DNA of 64,000 nucleotides. Source: a bacterium (lineage in GTDB: Bacteria; UBA8248). The notes under the pieces were generated by a model. That model ran no database searches. It saw only the letters and a program-made list of their open reading frames with translations, and had not been told where the DNA came from. The DNA lies in the NCBI GenBank assembly GCA_965200245.1, contig CBDATS010000002.1, forward strand, positions 96,001 through 160,000. Direction: 5' to 3'. This document shows, piece by piece, positions 1-9,536 of this stretch (the first letter of the stretch is position 1; every line of letters starts with the position of its first letter). Both the position numbers and the translations under genes were made by a program.

Positions 1-21
1 GCGAATTCACCCGAACGCCCC

Positions 22-49
22 TTGCCAAAGTATGTTCATGAGATAGAAT
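22..49 (+). promoter_or_regulatory. Putative sigma70 promoter for TAXI-TRAP operon
   Basis: TTGCCA (22-27), 16-nt spacer, TAGAAT (44-49); GGAGGAG RBS before ATG 101. Confidence 0.45.
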
Positions 50-100
50 TATCTTAACGAGCACAACCAATTTTCTGCGATTTTCAACGGAGGAGAGTCT

Positions 101-1099
101 ATGCGCATTTACAAAAGATTGATCGCAGCAACGGCCGTTTTCGCCATGGTCGGCTTCGCCGCCTCACTGGCGAGCGCAGCCACCACCAACATCACCATCG
201 TCGGCGCGGGCAAGGGCGCGGGTGCGTTCCGCATGGCGGCGGGCTTGGCCGAGGCAGTGAACAAGACGAGCAAGACCGTCAACGTCACCAACCGTGAATC
301 GAAGGGCTTCGTCGCCAACACCCGCCTCGTTGCCAGCGGTCGTTCCGAAATCGGAATGACGAACGGGATATTCGTCGACTTCATCCAGCGAAAGCAAAAA
401 CCCTTCGACAAGGGCAAGGCGATGAAAACCATCCGGGGAATCGGCCCTGTATCGACTTCCTGGTTCCAGGTGACAACATTCCACAAGTCCGGCATCAAGA
501 CCTATTACGATCTCGCCGGCAAGCGGGTGAACATGGGGCCCCGAGGCAGTTCCACGCTGTTCATGATGAAGTTCATCACCGACAACCTCGGAATCACCGA
601 CAAGATCCGCAAGGACTACATGGGCTGGGCCCAAGCTGCCACCAACATGATCGACGGCAAGCTCGACGCCTTCGGCATTCCGAACCCGGTGCCCTCGCCC
701 TCGATTCTGCGTGCCTCACGCAGCGCCCCGCTCCGCATTCTGAGCATTCCCGACAAGGTGCGTGACAAGTTCGTCGCCCTGAGCGCGGGCTATTACAAGG
801 ACAACAAGGATGCCAGCCCCTATCAGGGCATGAAGGGCCAGAAGTTCAAGACGGTCGCCTACACCATTTTCGCCGTAGCGAACGAGAAGGTGCCCAACGA
901 CGTCATATACGAGGTGACGCGGCGGGTATACGACAAGGCGAACCGCGACTTCCTGATCAACGTCTTCAAGGGCTGGAAGATCGGGCTGGACTTCGCCGCC
1001 AAGTCCGATGAGTTCATCAAGCAGATGGGCAACTTCAACATGAAGCTCCATCCCGGCGCTGCGCGCTACTGGAAGACCAAGGGCTATAACGTAAACTAG
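101..1099 (+). CDS. TAXI-family TRAP transporter solute-binding protein
   Basis: Signal peptide; ESKGFVAN, DLAGKRVNMGPRGSS and C-terminal LHPGAARYW motifs typical of TAXI proteins. Confidence 0.92.
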   Translation: MRIYKRLIAATAVFAMVGFAASLASAATTNITIVGAGKGAGAFRMAAGLAEAVNKTSKTVNVTNRESKGFVANTRLVASGRSEIGMTNGIFVDFIQRKQKPFDKGKAMKTIRGIGPVSTSWFQVTTFHKSGIKTYYDLAGKRVNMGPRGSSTLFMMKFITDNLGITDKIRKDYMGWAQAATNMIDGKLDAFGIPNPVPSPSILRASRSAPLRILSIPDKVRDKFVALSAGYYKDNKDASPYQGMKGQKFKTVAYTIFAVANEKVPNDVIYEVTRRVYDKANRDFLINVFKGWKIGLDFAAKSDEFIKQMGNFNMKLHPGAARYWKTKGYNVN

Positions 1100-1106
1100 A
1101 GGTTTC

Positions 1107-1145
1107 CCGGCATCCCCGGAGGGCACGAAACCCTCCGGGAGCCGG
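1107..1145 (+). other. GC-rich intergenic stem-loop between binding protein and permease
   Basis: CCCGGAGGG-cacgaaa-CCCTCCGGG core with outer CCGGC/GCCGG arms; no U-tract, so more likely a transcript stabiliser than a terminator. Confidence 0.55.
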
Positions 1146-1185
1146 TGAAGCGCTTGTTATCGGTCTCTGGTGAGAAAGGGTGGCG

Positions 1186-3792
1186 ATGCGGAAGGTTTTT
1201 GATTTTCTCTGGGAATGGCTCCGGTTCATCTTCGCTCCGGAATCGGCCACCCGCAGGGACATCGAACCGGGCTTTCAGAAGGAAAACCTGCCCGTTTGCG
1301 TTTTTTTCTCCGGTCTTCTTCTCGTTTATATCCTTTTTCTGGCTGGCAGGACATACAATCTCTACCTTCCCTACGAGATATCCTGGGACTGGCAGGAAGT
1401 CGAGTTTCCGGCTCTCGATGCTTGGCTATACGCTCTCATCTGGCTCTACGTCTCAGGTTTGTGCGTTCTGCCGAAAGCGACGACCCTGCTCTCCTCGTTC
1501 GTGTTCGCTTCCTATTTTCTATATGGCGCCGCGAACAAGGCACCTGTGGATCTCGGGCTGGGCTTCGGCGAGGTCATCGTCTACGCCCTTTCCCCCTTTC
1601 TCACGGAAGGAATGGAAAAATCCCTCTCGGCGATATGGGAGACGTTTCACTTTCCGGGTCTGGCCATTTATGCGTTTCATTTCTATCTCCCCCTGTACGT
1701 TATCTTCACTGCCATCCTGACGTTCATCTTCTGTCCGGCGCGGGCGGGCGCTCCAATGCGTCGACCCTCTGTCGTGGACCTCATCCTGTGTGCAGGCGTG
1801 GTCATCTTCACGGTGGAATACATCATGAACTTCGCCGACCGGGGAGACCGGGCGGGTCTCGTCCTCTGGACGGACGTTGCCATGGGCACAATCGCCGTCA
1901 TCGTATCGATAGAAATGTGTCGCCGGGTGCTGGGCTGGGTACTCCCGCTTTTGGGCCTCTTTTTCTTCTACTACGCCATGTACGGCAACCATTTTCCGGG
2001 GCGACTCCTGCACAAGGGGTTTTCCTACAACGAGGTCGTGAACTTCATATACGGGACGTCCGGCATTTTCGGCGTCATCGCGAACGTCTATGCGAGCTAT
2101 GTGTTCCTGTTCATCCTGTTCGGCGTCTTCCTGGAAAAAACGAAGGTCGGTGACGTGTTCATCGACCTCTCCTACGCCCTGGTGGGCCGTCTGCGCGGAG
2201 GCGCCGCCAAGGCGTCTGTCGTATCGAGTGGCATGGTGGGATCGGTGGTGGGAAGCGGGGCGGCGAACATCGTCATCACAGGCACCTTCACGATCCCGCT
2301 CATGAAGCGCGCGGGCTACAAGGCCCATTACGCAGGAGCTGTCGAGGCAGTCTCCTCCATCGGGGGACACCTGCTGCCGCCGATCATGGGCTCGGCGGCG
2401 TTCCTCGTGGCGGCGTTCACCGAGACGGATTACGGCTGGATTGCGCTCATATCACTCGTGCCCGCATTGCTGTACTACTTCTCGGTCTACATGTCGGTAC
2501 ACTTTCGATCGGGGCTGGATGGCATCCACGGCCTCTCGAAAGAGGAATTACCCGAACTTTTGCCACTTCTGAAAAAAGAGGGTTACCTGCTGCTGCCGGT
2601 GGTGCTGCTCATCTTCCGGCTCATCATCGGCCGTTCGCCCTTCGATGCGGCACTCTGGTCCATCGTCCTGGCAATGGTTCTGGGATTCCTGCGCGAGGAC
2701 ACCCGCCTGCTGGCCCTGCCGCCGGTTCTCGCGCGTCTGGTGGGCAAGCCCGCGTGGAGCACCAGAAACGACAGACTCGAATTTGAGGCCGCAAAACACC
2801 ACAAGAAACTCATGGAATCGGGCAAAAGCCTGGAAGATGCCGATGCAGAGGCGGAAGCCTATCTCGAAGCGGCGAAGGCCGAACCGTCCGGTAATCCGAT
2901 CATGGAGAACTGGCCACTGCTCGCCGGGCTGGGGCTGTTCATCGTGCTCCCGGCGGCGGGGCATTCGTTCGCCGAGTCGATCTTCTGGTCGGTGCTCGCG
3001 GCAATTATCCTGTCTTCGCCCCGCGTTCTGGACGGACTGGAACGAGGCGCCGTCAACTCGCTCATCATCGGCGTGACGGCGGGCGTGATGGGCATCGTGC
3101 TCGCAGGCGTCTCCATGCCAGGTCTCGGCATCAAGTTCTCCTCCATCATCCTGGGCTACGCCTCCATCATCGACAACGCCTTCGGTATCACTGGAACAGC
3201 GCTCCCGGTGGCGATTCTGCTCTGCACTGTCGCCAGCTATATTATGGGCATGGGCATGACGATCACAGCGAGCTACGTGCTGCTCTCGATCCTCGCCGTG
3301 CCCGCGCTGGTGGAACTCGGCGTTCCGCTCCTGAGCGCGCACCTGATGATCCTCTGGCTGAGTCAGGACGCCTCGCTCACGCCGCCCTTCGCGCTTGGCG
3401 CGTTCATCGCTGCGGGCGTGGCGGGGGCAGACCCGATGCGCACAGGTTTCGCCTCTCTCAAACTCGGCAAGGCGCTCTACATCGTCCCCTTCCTGATGGC
3501 ATACACCCCGATCAACATGCCCCCCGGATCGGAGTGGTTCAACATCCTCGTCGTCTGGGTAACCGGATTCATGGGCTTTTTCTGCACCTCGGCGTCGCTC
3601 GAAGGTTACATGCGCAGAAAGCTCGAAATCTGGGAACGTGTCGTCTTTGCCGTGGCGGGCGGCCTGCTGTTCTTCTACATCCCGTGGATGAAGATAACAG
3701 GCGCCGTCATCATGGCCATCATGGTCGCCATCCAGTTCATGAGCGCGCAAGACGGGGGCGGAGCCTCCGCAAGTCCCGCAGCCTCTTCGTAA
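1186..3792 (+). CDS. TRAP transporter fused 4TM/12TM permease (DctQM type)
   Basis: Highly hydrophobic; GGAAKASVVSS, GSGAANIVITGTFTIPLMKRAGY, PPIMGSAAF and LTPP motifs; follows the TAXI gene. Start 1186 (ATG) or 1180 (GTG). Confidence 0.92.
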   Translation: MRKVFDFLWEWLRFIFAPESATRRDIEPGFQKENLPVCVFFSGLLLVYILFLAGRTYNLYLPYEISWDWQEVEFPALDAWLYALIWLYVSGLCVLPKATTLLSSFVFASYFLYGAANKAPVDLGLGFGEVIVYALSPFLTEGMEKSLSAIWETFHFPGLAIYAFHFYLPLYVIFTAILTFIFCPARAGAPMRRPSVVDLILCAGVVIFTVEYIMNFADRGDRAGLVLWTDVAMGTIAVIVSIEMCRRVLGWVLPLLGLFFFYYAMYGNHFPGRLLHKGFSYNEVVNFIYGTSGIFGVIANVYASYVFLFILFGVFLEKTKVGDVFIDLSYALVGRLRGGAAKASVVSSGMVGSVVGSGAANIVITGTFTIPLMKRAGYKAHYAGAVEAVSSIGGHLLPPIMGSAAFLVAAFTETDYGWIALISLVPALLYYFSVYMSVHFRSGLDGIHGLSKEELPELLPLLKKEGYLLLPVVLLIFRLIIGRSPFDAALWSIVLAMVLGFLREDTRLLALPPVLARLVGKPAWSTRNDRLEFEAAKHHKKLMESGKSLEDADAEAEAYLEAAKAEPSGNPIMENWPLLAGLGLFIVLPAAGHSFAESIFWSVLAAIILSSPRVLDGLERGAVNSLIIGVTAGVMGIVLAGVSMPGLGIKFSSIILGYASIIDNAFGITGTALPVAILLCTVASYIMGMGMTITASYVLLSILAVPALVELGVPLLSAHLMILWLSQDASLTPPFALGAFIAAGVAGADPMRTGFASLKLGKALYIVPFLMAYTPINMPPGSEWFNILVVWVTGFMGFFCTSASLEGYMRRKLEIWERVVFAVAGGLLFFYIPWMKITGAVIMAIMVAIQFMSAQDGGGASASPAASS

Positions 3793-3843
3793 CCGGAACC
3801 ATCTTGAAGCTCTAAGGAGAGCCGGGGCTTCGTTCCGGCTGTT

Positions 3844-4782
3844 TCACTCCGGCAAGGAACGCGCAAGACACGCCCTTAGCGCCCCGCCGCAATAAGAGCG
3901 GGCGAAATCCTCACCGTGCGCGGCAGCGAGGCGTTCTGCGAAGTCCACTGTCCCCCAGACGCCCCGGAATTCATCGAAAAGGCGCCTGCCGTCGGGCGCC
4001 GGGCGGTTGATGCCCGCAAAATCGCTGCCGAGCACAACCTGTTGGGCGGCGATTTCGGCCAGAAACTCGATTTCCTCGAGGTGGCGATCGAATGTCTCGT
4101 AGAACCCCGGGTGCGGTGCCAATCCGATGAGCGCGCCCGTTTCGAGGAGTCTCCTCGCCATATCGCGCGGAAGCCCCCGTTCGCCGAAGACGGGCAACAG
4201 TGGTTCGTCCAGATGCCCGTGGGAGTAATGCACCTCCTGACCCGTGACGAGGGCGAGATCGATCATGTCCGATTTCGTTCGGTGGTTCGCGTGCGCGCAA
4301 TCAACCATAAGTCCCATCCGCCAGGCCTGCATCAGGAAAGCGCGGCCCAAGGGAGTGAGACCACGCACGGATCCTCCCATCGCTCCGCCACCCAAGGCAT
4401 TGTCGTCGTTATACATGGGACCAATGCTCCGAACGCCCTCCTCCCACAACCATTCGAGATATCTCAGATCGTCTTCCGTTTCGATGAAATAGATGCCCTC
4501 TGCATGTATCAACTGCCGTCCCACGCCTTCCAGGTCTCCCCTTTTGAGCACGATGCCCAGGCCCTCCGCGGAACGAATCCGATCCAGATCGCGTCTCACC
4601 AGATCGAATTGCGCGTTCTGTGGCGCGCCTTCCAGCCGCTCAAGCGCCGAGAAAACCCCGCCCAGCTTTGCCGCCGTGGGGATGTCTATCTGATCTGCCA
4701 GATGAACGCGCTCCTCGGGCAAATCGACCATCCAGCGCAGATCGGTGTGAAAATCCCAGACGTCTTTCAGTTCAATCGGCAT
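3844..4782 (-). CDS. Membrane dipeptidase (M19)-like amidohydrolase
   Basis: N-terminal DFHTD (HxD), HAEG, GLTPLGR, VDCAHAN, YSHG and LGSDFAG motifs; start MPIELK chosen. Confidence 0.75.
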   Translation of the reverse strand: MPIELKDVWDFHTDLRWMVDLPEERVHLADQIDIPTAAKLGGVFSALERLEGAPQNAQFDLVRRDLDRIRSAEGLGIVLKRGDLEGVGRQLIHAEGIYFIETEDDLRYLEWLWEEGVRSIGPMYNDDNALGGGAMGGSVRGLTPLGRAFLMQAWRMGLMVDCAHANHRTKSDMIDLALVTGQEVHYSHGHLDEPLLPVFGERGLPRDMARRLLETGALIGLAPHPGFYETFDRHLEEIEFLAEIAAQQVVLGSDFAGINRPAPDGRRLFDEFRGVWGTVDFAERLAAAHGEDFARSYCGGALRACLARSLPE

Positions 4783-4922
4783 CCGTGTCCTCTCCCGGAA
4801 ACAGGGGCGAGCAATTTCCCCGAGCGAAAACGCCATCATAACACGCGGGATCGGGGGTTCGCCTTTGCGCTGCGGAGCAAGCTCGCATAGGCTTGTCGCT
4901 TCGCTTTCAGGGAGGACGTTCC

Positions 4923-5714
4923 ATGTCGAAAAAACCGTTGATTCACATCGAGCGCGACGGCCCGCTTGCCACGCTCACGTTAAATCGCCCCGAAAAAAGG
5001 AACGCCATGAACTCGCAGATGATCCGGGAGGCGAAATCGGCTCTGGCCGAACTCGAGACTGCGGATGATTTGCGGGTTCTCGTAATCGAGGGCGCGGGGA
5101 AATTCTTTTCCGCCGGGGCAGACGTGGTCGAGATGGGTTCGCTTACGGAGGATACCGCGCGCGGTTTCATCTCGAATCTCCACTCTCTCATCCGCAACGT
5201 GCGGGAATTCCCGCATCCCGTGGTCTGCAAATGCCAAGGATACGTTCTGGGCGGTGCACTGGAACTGATGCTCGGCTGCGATCTCCGTGTCGCAGCTGAC
5301 GATACGAAGTTCGGCATGCCCGAGGTGCGGGTGGGCGTTCCCTCCGTCATCGAGGCGGCGTTGTTCGTGCCCTTCTGCGGTTTGGGGGCCGCACAGCATA
5401 TTCTGCTTACGGGCAGGACATTCGGCGCACACGAGGCGCATCGCCTGGGAATCGTCCAGCGAATATGCGCGCCATCCGATCTGGAAGAGACGATACGGGG
5501 AACCATAGCGGAACTTCTTCAGGCCGCACCCGGCGCGCTCAGTGCCCAGAAGGCACTGATGAGAAAATGGATGCAGGCCTATATTGAAGCCGCCGTTGCG
5601 CCTTCCATCGACGCCTTCGAGGCATCTTTCCGAACCGGTGAACCGCAGGAGGGCATGGCCGCGGCACACGGGAAACGTCCCCCCGCCTGGGCGCCCGGCA
5701 AGAGGGGCAAGTAG
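4923..5714 (+). CDS. Enoyl-CoA hydratase/isomerase (crotonase) family protein
   Basis: LNRPEKRNAM, FSAGAD, GGALELMLGCDLR, FGMPEVRVG; GGAGG RBS. Confidence 0.92.
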   Translation: MSKKPLIHIERDGPLATLTLNRPEKRNAMNSQMIREAKSALAELETADDLRVLVIEGAGKFFSAGADVVEMGSLTEDTARGFISNLHSLIRNVREFPHPVVCKCQGYVLGGALELMLGCDLRVAADDTKFGMPEVRVGVPSVIEAALFVPFCGLGAAQHILLTGRTFGAHEAHRLGIVQRICAPSDLEETIRGTIAELLQAAPGALSAQKALMRKWMQAYIEAAVAPSIDAFEASFRTGEPQEGMAAAHGKRPPAWAPGKRGK

Positions 5715-5795
5715 AATGCTCTCCCTCGCGGTGGCTTTCGCTGGTTTCATGTGGCATCTTCACTCATCTCGCCAGAACGAAACGGGAGAACCAAG

Positions 5796-6108
5796 ATGCC
5801 GGAAAACGATGTGCCAATCTGATTCTCAGGCGGCTCAAGTGATTTTCCGAAAAAGATGTTCGGCGGCGTGTGCTTCCTGATCAACGGCAGCATGTACGTC
5901 GTCACATGGAAATACGCGTTCATCGTTCGACTCGGCAGTAAGAACCACGAGGCAACGCTGTTTGAATCCCACACGAAGCCTGCCGATATTACGGGTCGCG
6001 GGATGAAACGCTGGCACTGATTGAACCGGCGGGCATCGAGACTGAAGACGCCCTGAAATCCCGGGTGCGACGGGCAACAGGTTCGCGGGCTCGCTCCCTT
6101 CCAGGTGA
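5796..6108 (+). pseudogene. Degraded TfoX/Sxy N-terminal-domain family gene
   Basis: Manual translation from ~5850 gives KKMFGGVCFLINGSMYVVTWKYAFIVRLG...DITGRGMKRW, then frameshifted IEPAGIETEDALKSRVRRA and FAGSLPSR*; 5' end interrupted by a TGA. Confidence 0.7.
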
Positions 6109-6158
6109 GCGTTCCGCACGTACCACATTGGAATTCATTTATTCTAAAAGGATGAGGG

Positions 6159-7154
6159 ATGAAAGCGATTACAATCCAGGGAGACGCCGGAATCGAGGGA
6201 TTGGTCTACGGCGAAGTCCCGACACCCGAGCCGGGTGAGGGCGAGGTTCTGGTCCGGCTCCTAGCTTCGGGCATCAACCACATCGACGTCTACCAGTGCA
6301 CCCCCGACATGGTCCGCCACGAAAACCCCCACACCATGGGGGCGGACGGCGCTGGCGTAGTATACAAGGCAGGATCGGGCGTGCGCCTGGAACAAGGTGC
6401 CAAGGTGGTCGTCGATCCCAATCTGAGTGACCCCACCGAGCCGGGCTACGGCATCGTGGGCGCGCACTGCCAGGGTACACACGCGGAGTTCATCGTCTTG
6501 CCGGAAAAAAATTTCTTTCCCATGCCAGGACACCTGACGTTCGAGGAAGCGGCGGCACTCCCCCTCGCACTTTGCACGGCCTATCGACAGCTCATCAGCC
6601 GCGCACGTCTTGCAGCGGGCGAGAGCGTGCTCATCCATGGTGTGGGCGGTGGCGTCATGCTCTACTGCCTGCAACTCGCCGTACAGGCGGGCGCATTCAC
6701 AATTGTTACTTCATCGAGCGGTGAGAAACTCGAAACCGCCAAATCCTTCGGCGCGGATGTGTGCATCGACTACAAGACGCAGGACGTCACCCAGGCCGTG
6801 ATGGACGCCACCGATGGCCGGGGGGCCGACGTGGTGGTGGACAACGTGGGCGCGCCCACTTTCGCGCTTAGTGCCAGGTGCGTCGCACTCAACGGACGCA
6901 TCTCCATCGTGGGCGGAGCGGCGCATCACGTGATTCCGGAAGTGAACCTGCGCGATCTCTACTTCAAACAGGTCGACATTCACACTTCCACTATGGCGAC
7001 TCCCGAAGAATTCAGCGCGGCGATGAGCCTCGCCGCCGAGGGCAAAGTGAAGGCCCACATCGACTCCACCTATCCACTTTCGCGTTTCCGCGAAGCCATA
7101 GAACGCGTGGCGAAAGGCCTTCAATTCGGAAAGGTTGTGATAACGAGAGAGTAG
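6159..7154 (+). CDS. MDR-superfamily (zinc-binding/quinone oxidoreductase-like) dehydrogenase
   Basis: GINHID, GADGAG, VLIHGVGGGV, GADVVVDNVG, C-terminal QFGKVVI. Confidence 0.9.
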   Translation: MKAITIQGDAGIEGLVYGEVPTPEPGEGEVLVRLLASGINHIDVYQCTPDMVRHENPHTMGADGAGVVYKAGSGVRLEQGAKVVVDPNLSDPTEPGYGIVGAHCQGTHAEFIVLPEKNFFPMPGHLTFEEAAALPLALCTAYRQLISRARLAAGESVLIHGVGGGVMLYCLQLAVQAGAFTIVTSSSGEKLETAKSFGADVCIDYKTQDVTQAVMDATDGRGADVVVDNVGAPTFALSARCVALNGRISIVGGAAHHVIPEVNLRDLYFKQVDIHTSTMATPEEFSAAMSLAAEGKVKAHIDSTYPLSRFREAIERVAKGLQFGKVVITRE

Positions 7155-7218
7155 CAACGATGCACCTGTGCCTCCCATCACCAGGCAGACAATTCATCTT
7201 TGGAGAAAACACAAAAAC

Positions 7219-8367
7219 ATGAAAAGGCACCTCGCAAAGACCGTCGCCGCTACCGCAGGCGGAGAACGCGCCAACCACATGACAGCCAGGAAACCACCGG
7301 GTCTGGTGCCGCTCGATTCGGGAACGCCCAATTTCCCCACTCCCGAACACATCAGAGAAGCCGGCAAGGAAGCACTCGACCAGGGCCTCACCGGCTATGC
7401 CCCCGGTCAGGGAGACCCCGAATTCCTCGAAGCCGTGTGCGAGCACGTCGAGCGCGAGGCAAAAGCGAACTATACGCCCCGGTCCGTCATCGCAACGAAC
7501 GGGGCAAGTTCGGGCATCTATGCCGTCATGACGACTTTGCTCGACCCGGGCGATGAGACCATCCTCATGGACCCCACGTTTTCACTCTACGCCCATGTCG
7601 CCCTGCAATTGGGAGCCGTTCCCGTCTCCGTGCCACACGACGCGGATTATCAGATTGACGCAGAGGCAGTGCGCCGCGCCATCACCCCGCGCACGCGCCT
7701 CATTCTCGTCAACAACCCGAACAACCCCACCGGCGTGGTCTACCGGGGTGAATATCTGGCGGCTCTCGCCGAACTCGCCGCCGAACACGACCTCATGCTC
7801 GTATCGGATGAGGCCTATGCGAAAATCCTGCAACCAGGCTTCGAACACGTGCCCCTGCTCTCGTTCACCGAACACAAGGAACGGCTCATCCTGCTCGACA
7901 CCTTCTCCAAGACCTATTCGATGACCGGCTGGCGTCTCGGCTACATGGTCCTGCCCGAGGACCTGGCCCAGCCCATGTTCAGCGTTCACCGTTCCATCAA
8001 CGGGCCGATCAACACCTTCGTCCAGCGTGCGGGTGCGACTGCACTCAGGGGTTCCCAGGAGTGCGTGGAGGACTTCGGGCGTGAATACCACAAGCGGGGC
8101 CGCCTCATGCACGAGATGACCCAGGCCATTCCAGGTCTCATTCCCATCGAGCCCCAGGGCGGTTTCTACCAATGCTGCCGGTATGAATACCCGATTCCCT
8201 CAAGCGAGGTCCGAAAGCGCGTCTGGGAGGCCGGGGCGGCGATTCGCAGCGGTTCCGAATTCGGCGCTTCGGGCGAGAACCACTTGCGCTTCACCTATTC
8301 GGTAGATGAAGAAGTCATCGAAAAGGGTATGAAGATCGTGGGCGAGGTGTTCCGCCACCTGGGCTGA
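7219..8367 (+). CDS. PLP-dependent aminotransferase class I/II (aspartate aminotransferase-like)
   Basis: GTPNFPTP, NNPNNPTG, SDEAY, TFSKTYSMTGWRLGY (PLP lysine). Confidence 0.92.
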   Translation: MKRHLAKTVAATAGGERANHMTARKPPGLVPLDSGTPNFPTPEHIREAGKEALDQGLTGYAPGQGDPEFLEAVCEHVEREAKANYTPRSVIATNGASSGIYAVMTTLLDPGDETILMDPTFSLYAHVALQLGAVPVSVPHDADYQIDAEAVRRAITPRTRLILVNNPNNPTGVVYRGEYLAALAELAAEHDLMLVSDEAYAKILQPGFEHVPLLSFTEHKERLILLDTFSKTYSMTGWRLGYMVLPEDLAQPMFSVHRSINGPINTFVQRAGATALRGSQECVEDFGREYHKRGRLMHEMTQAIPGLIPIEPQGGFYQCCRYEYPIPSSEVRKRVWEAGAAIRSGSEFGASGENHLRFTYSVDEEVIEKGMKIVGEVFRHLG

Positions 8368-8430
8368 GGCTTGTCCGTTTCAAGCAAAAAGACCGCCTTC
8401 CCCCTGATGACGGCCTTCGTGTCGGCCTCA

Positions 8431-9369
8431 TCAATAGACGGGCAGAATATCCTTCTCGTAGGTTTCGTCCACCCCCCGGGCGGCGGCATAGAAAATTTCC
8501 TGCAGCCTGCGCGTGAATTTCCCTGGCTTTCCGTCTCCTACCTCGATGCGATCCAGCGAGAGCACGGGTGCAACCTCAGCGGCGGAGCCACATATCATCG
8601 CCTCATCGGCCACGTAGATCTCCGTACGATCCATCGGCCTCTCCAGGGGTTCAGAACCGATGTGTCTGCCGAACATCTCGATTACGCTGTCGCGCGTAAT
8701 GCTCTCGAGAATCGAGGCCGTCACAGGTGGGGTGATAAGCCTGCCCTCACGGACGATCATGATGCACGTGCCCGTTCCCTCGGCCACCGTACCGTTCTGG
8801 TTGAGAAGAATGGCGTCGTCGTATCCGTTGATTCGCGCTTCGACGCCGGCAAGTCTGCCGTTTTGGTAATTCGCCGAAGCCTTGACACGCGGCGGCACGG
8901 AATCATCCGAGATGCGCCGCCAACTGCTCACGCACAGGTTCACGCCCTGCTCCTGTCGTTTGCGGTTGCTGTTCGGTCCTCCGCTGATGAACACGCAGGT
9001 GTCCACTTCGTCCGCCGCGTAGCCCTTCATGTCCAGGGGCCCCGAATCGTCGAAATACACGTTGAGCCTGAAATGGATATCTTCCTTGAACTCGTTCGCC
9101 CGTATCCACTCGATGACAGCGTCCCTGAATTCCTCCGCCGTATAGGGCGACGTCATCCGCATCACCCGCATCGAATCGAACAGTCGCCGGATGTGCGGGT
9201 CTATCTTCCAAAGAAAGAGATTGTTTCTCTCCTCGCTCCAATAGGCGCGAATCCCCTCGTATACGCTCGAACCCCTGAGGACCGCCTGGCTGAATACGCT
9301 GATCCTGGCTTCCTCGGGCGGAACCACCTCTCCGTTGAGCCATACCTTGGCATGATTGTAACTGGGCAC
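8431..9369 (-). CDS. ilvE: Branched-chain amino acid aminotransferase-like protein (class IV PLP)
   Basis: VYEGIRAY, PPRVKASANY, GYDDAILLN, AEGTG, ILESITRDS, GSAAEV; GTG start at 9369 after GGAG. May be a non-IlvE paralogue. Confidence 0.8.
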   Translation of the reverse strand: MPSYNHAKVWLNGEVVPPEEARISVFSQAVLRGSSVYEGIRAYWSEERNNLFLWKIDPHIRRLFDSMRVMRMTSPYTAEEFRDAVIEWIRANEFKEDIHFRLNVYFDDSGPLDMKGYAADEVDTCVFISGGPNSNRKRQEQGVNLCVSSWRRISDDSVPPRVKASANYQNGRLAGVEARINGYDDAILLNQNGTVAEGTGTCIMIVREGRLITPPVTASILESITRDSVIEMFGRHIGSEPLERPMDRTEIYVADEAMICGSAAEVAPVLSLDRIEVGDGKPGKFTRRLQEIFYAAARGVDETYEKDILPVY

Positions 9370-9536
9370 ATAAATCTCCAATTTGGAAATGAAAACGGTT
9401 TCCCGAAAAGAAAAACACGGCATAATGAACATTTGGAAGCCGGTTGACAAGGCGCTTCCCAGCCTTGACGCTCGGATGCGCTTGGGCGTAGCGTTGTAGC
9501 GGAAAAATTTCAGGACACCATCCTTATGGAGATTTT

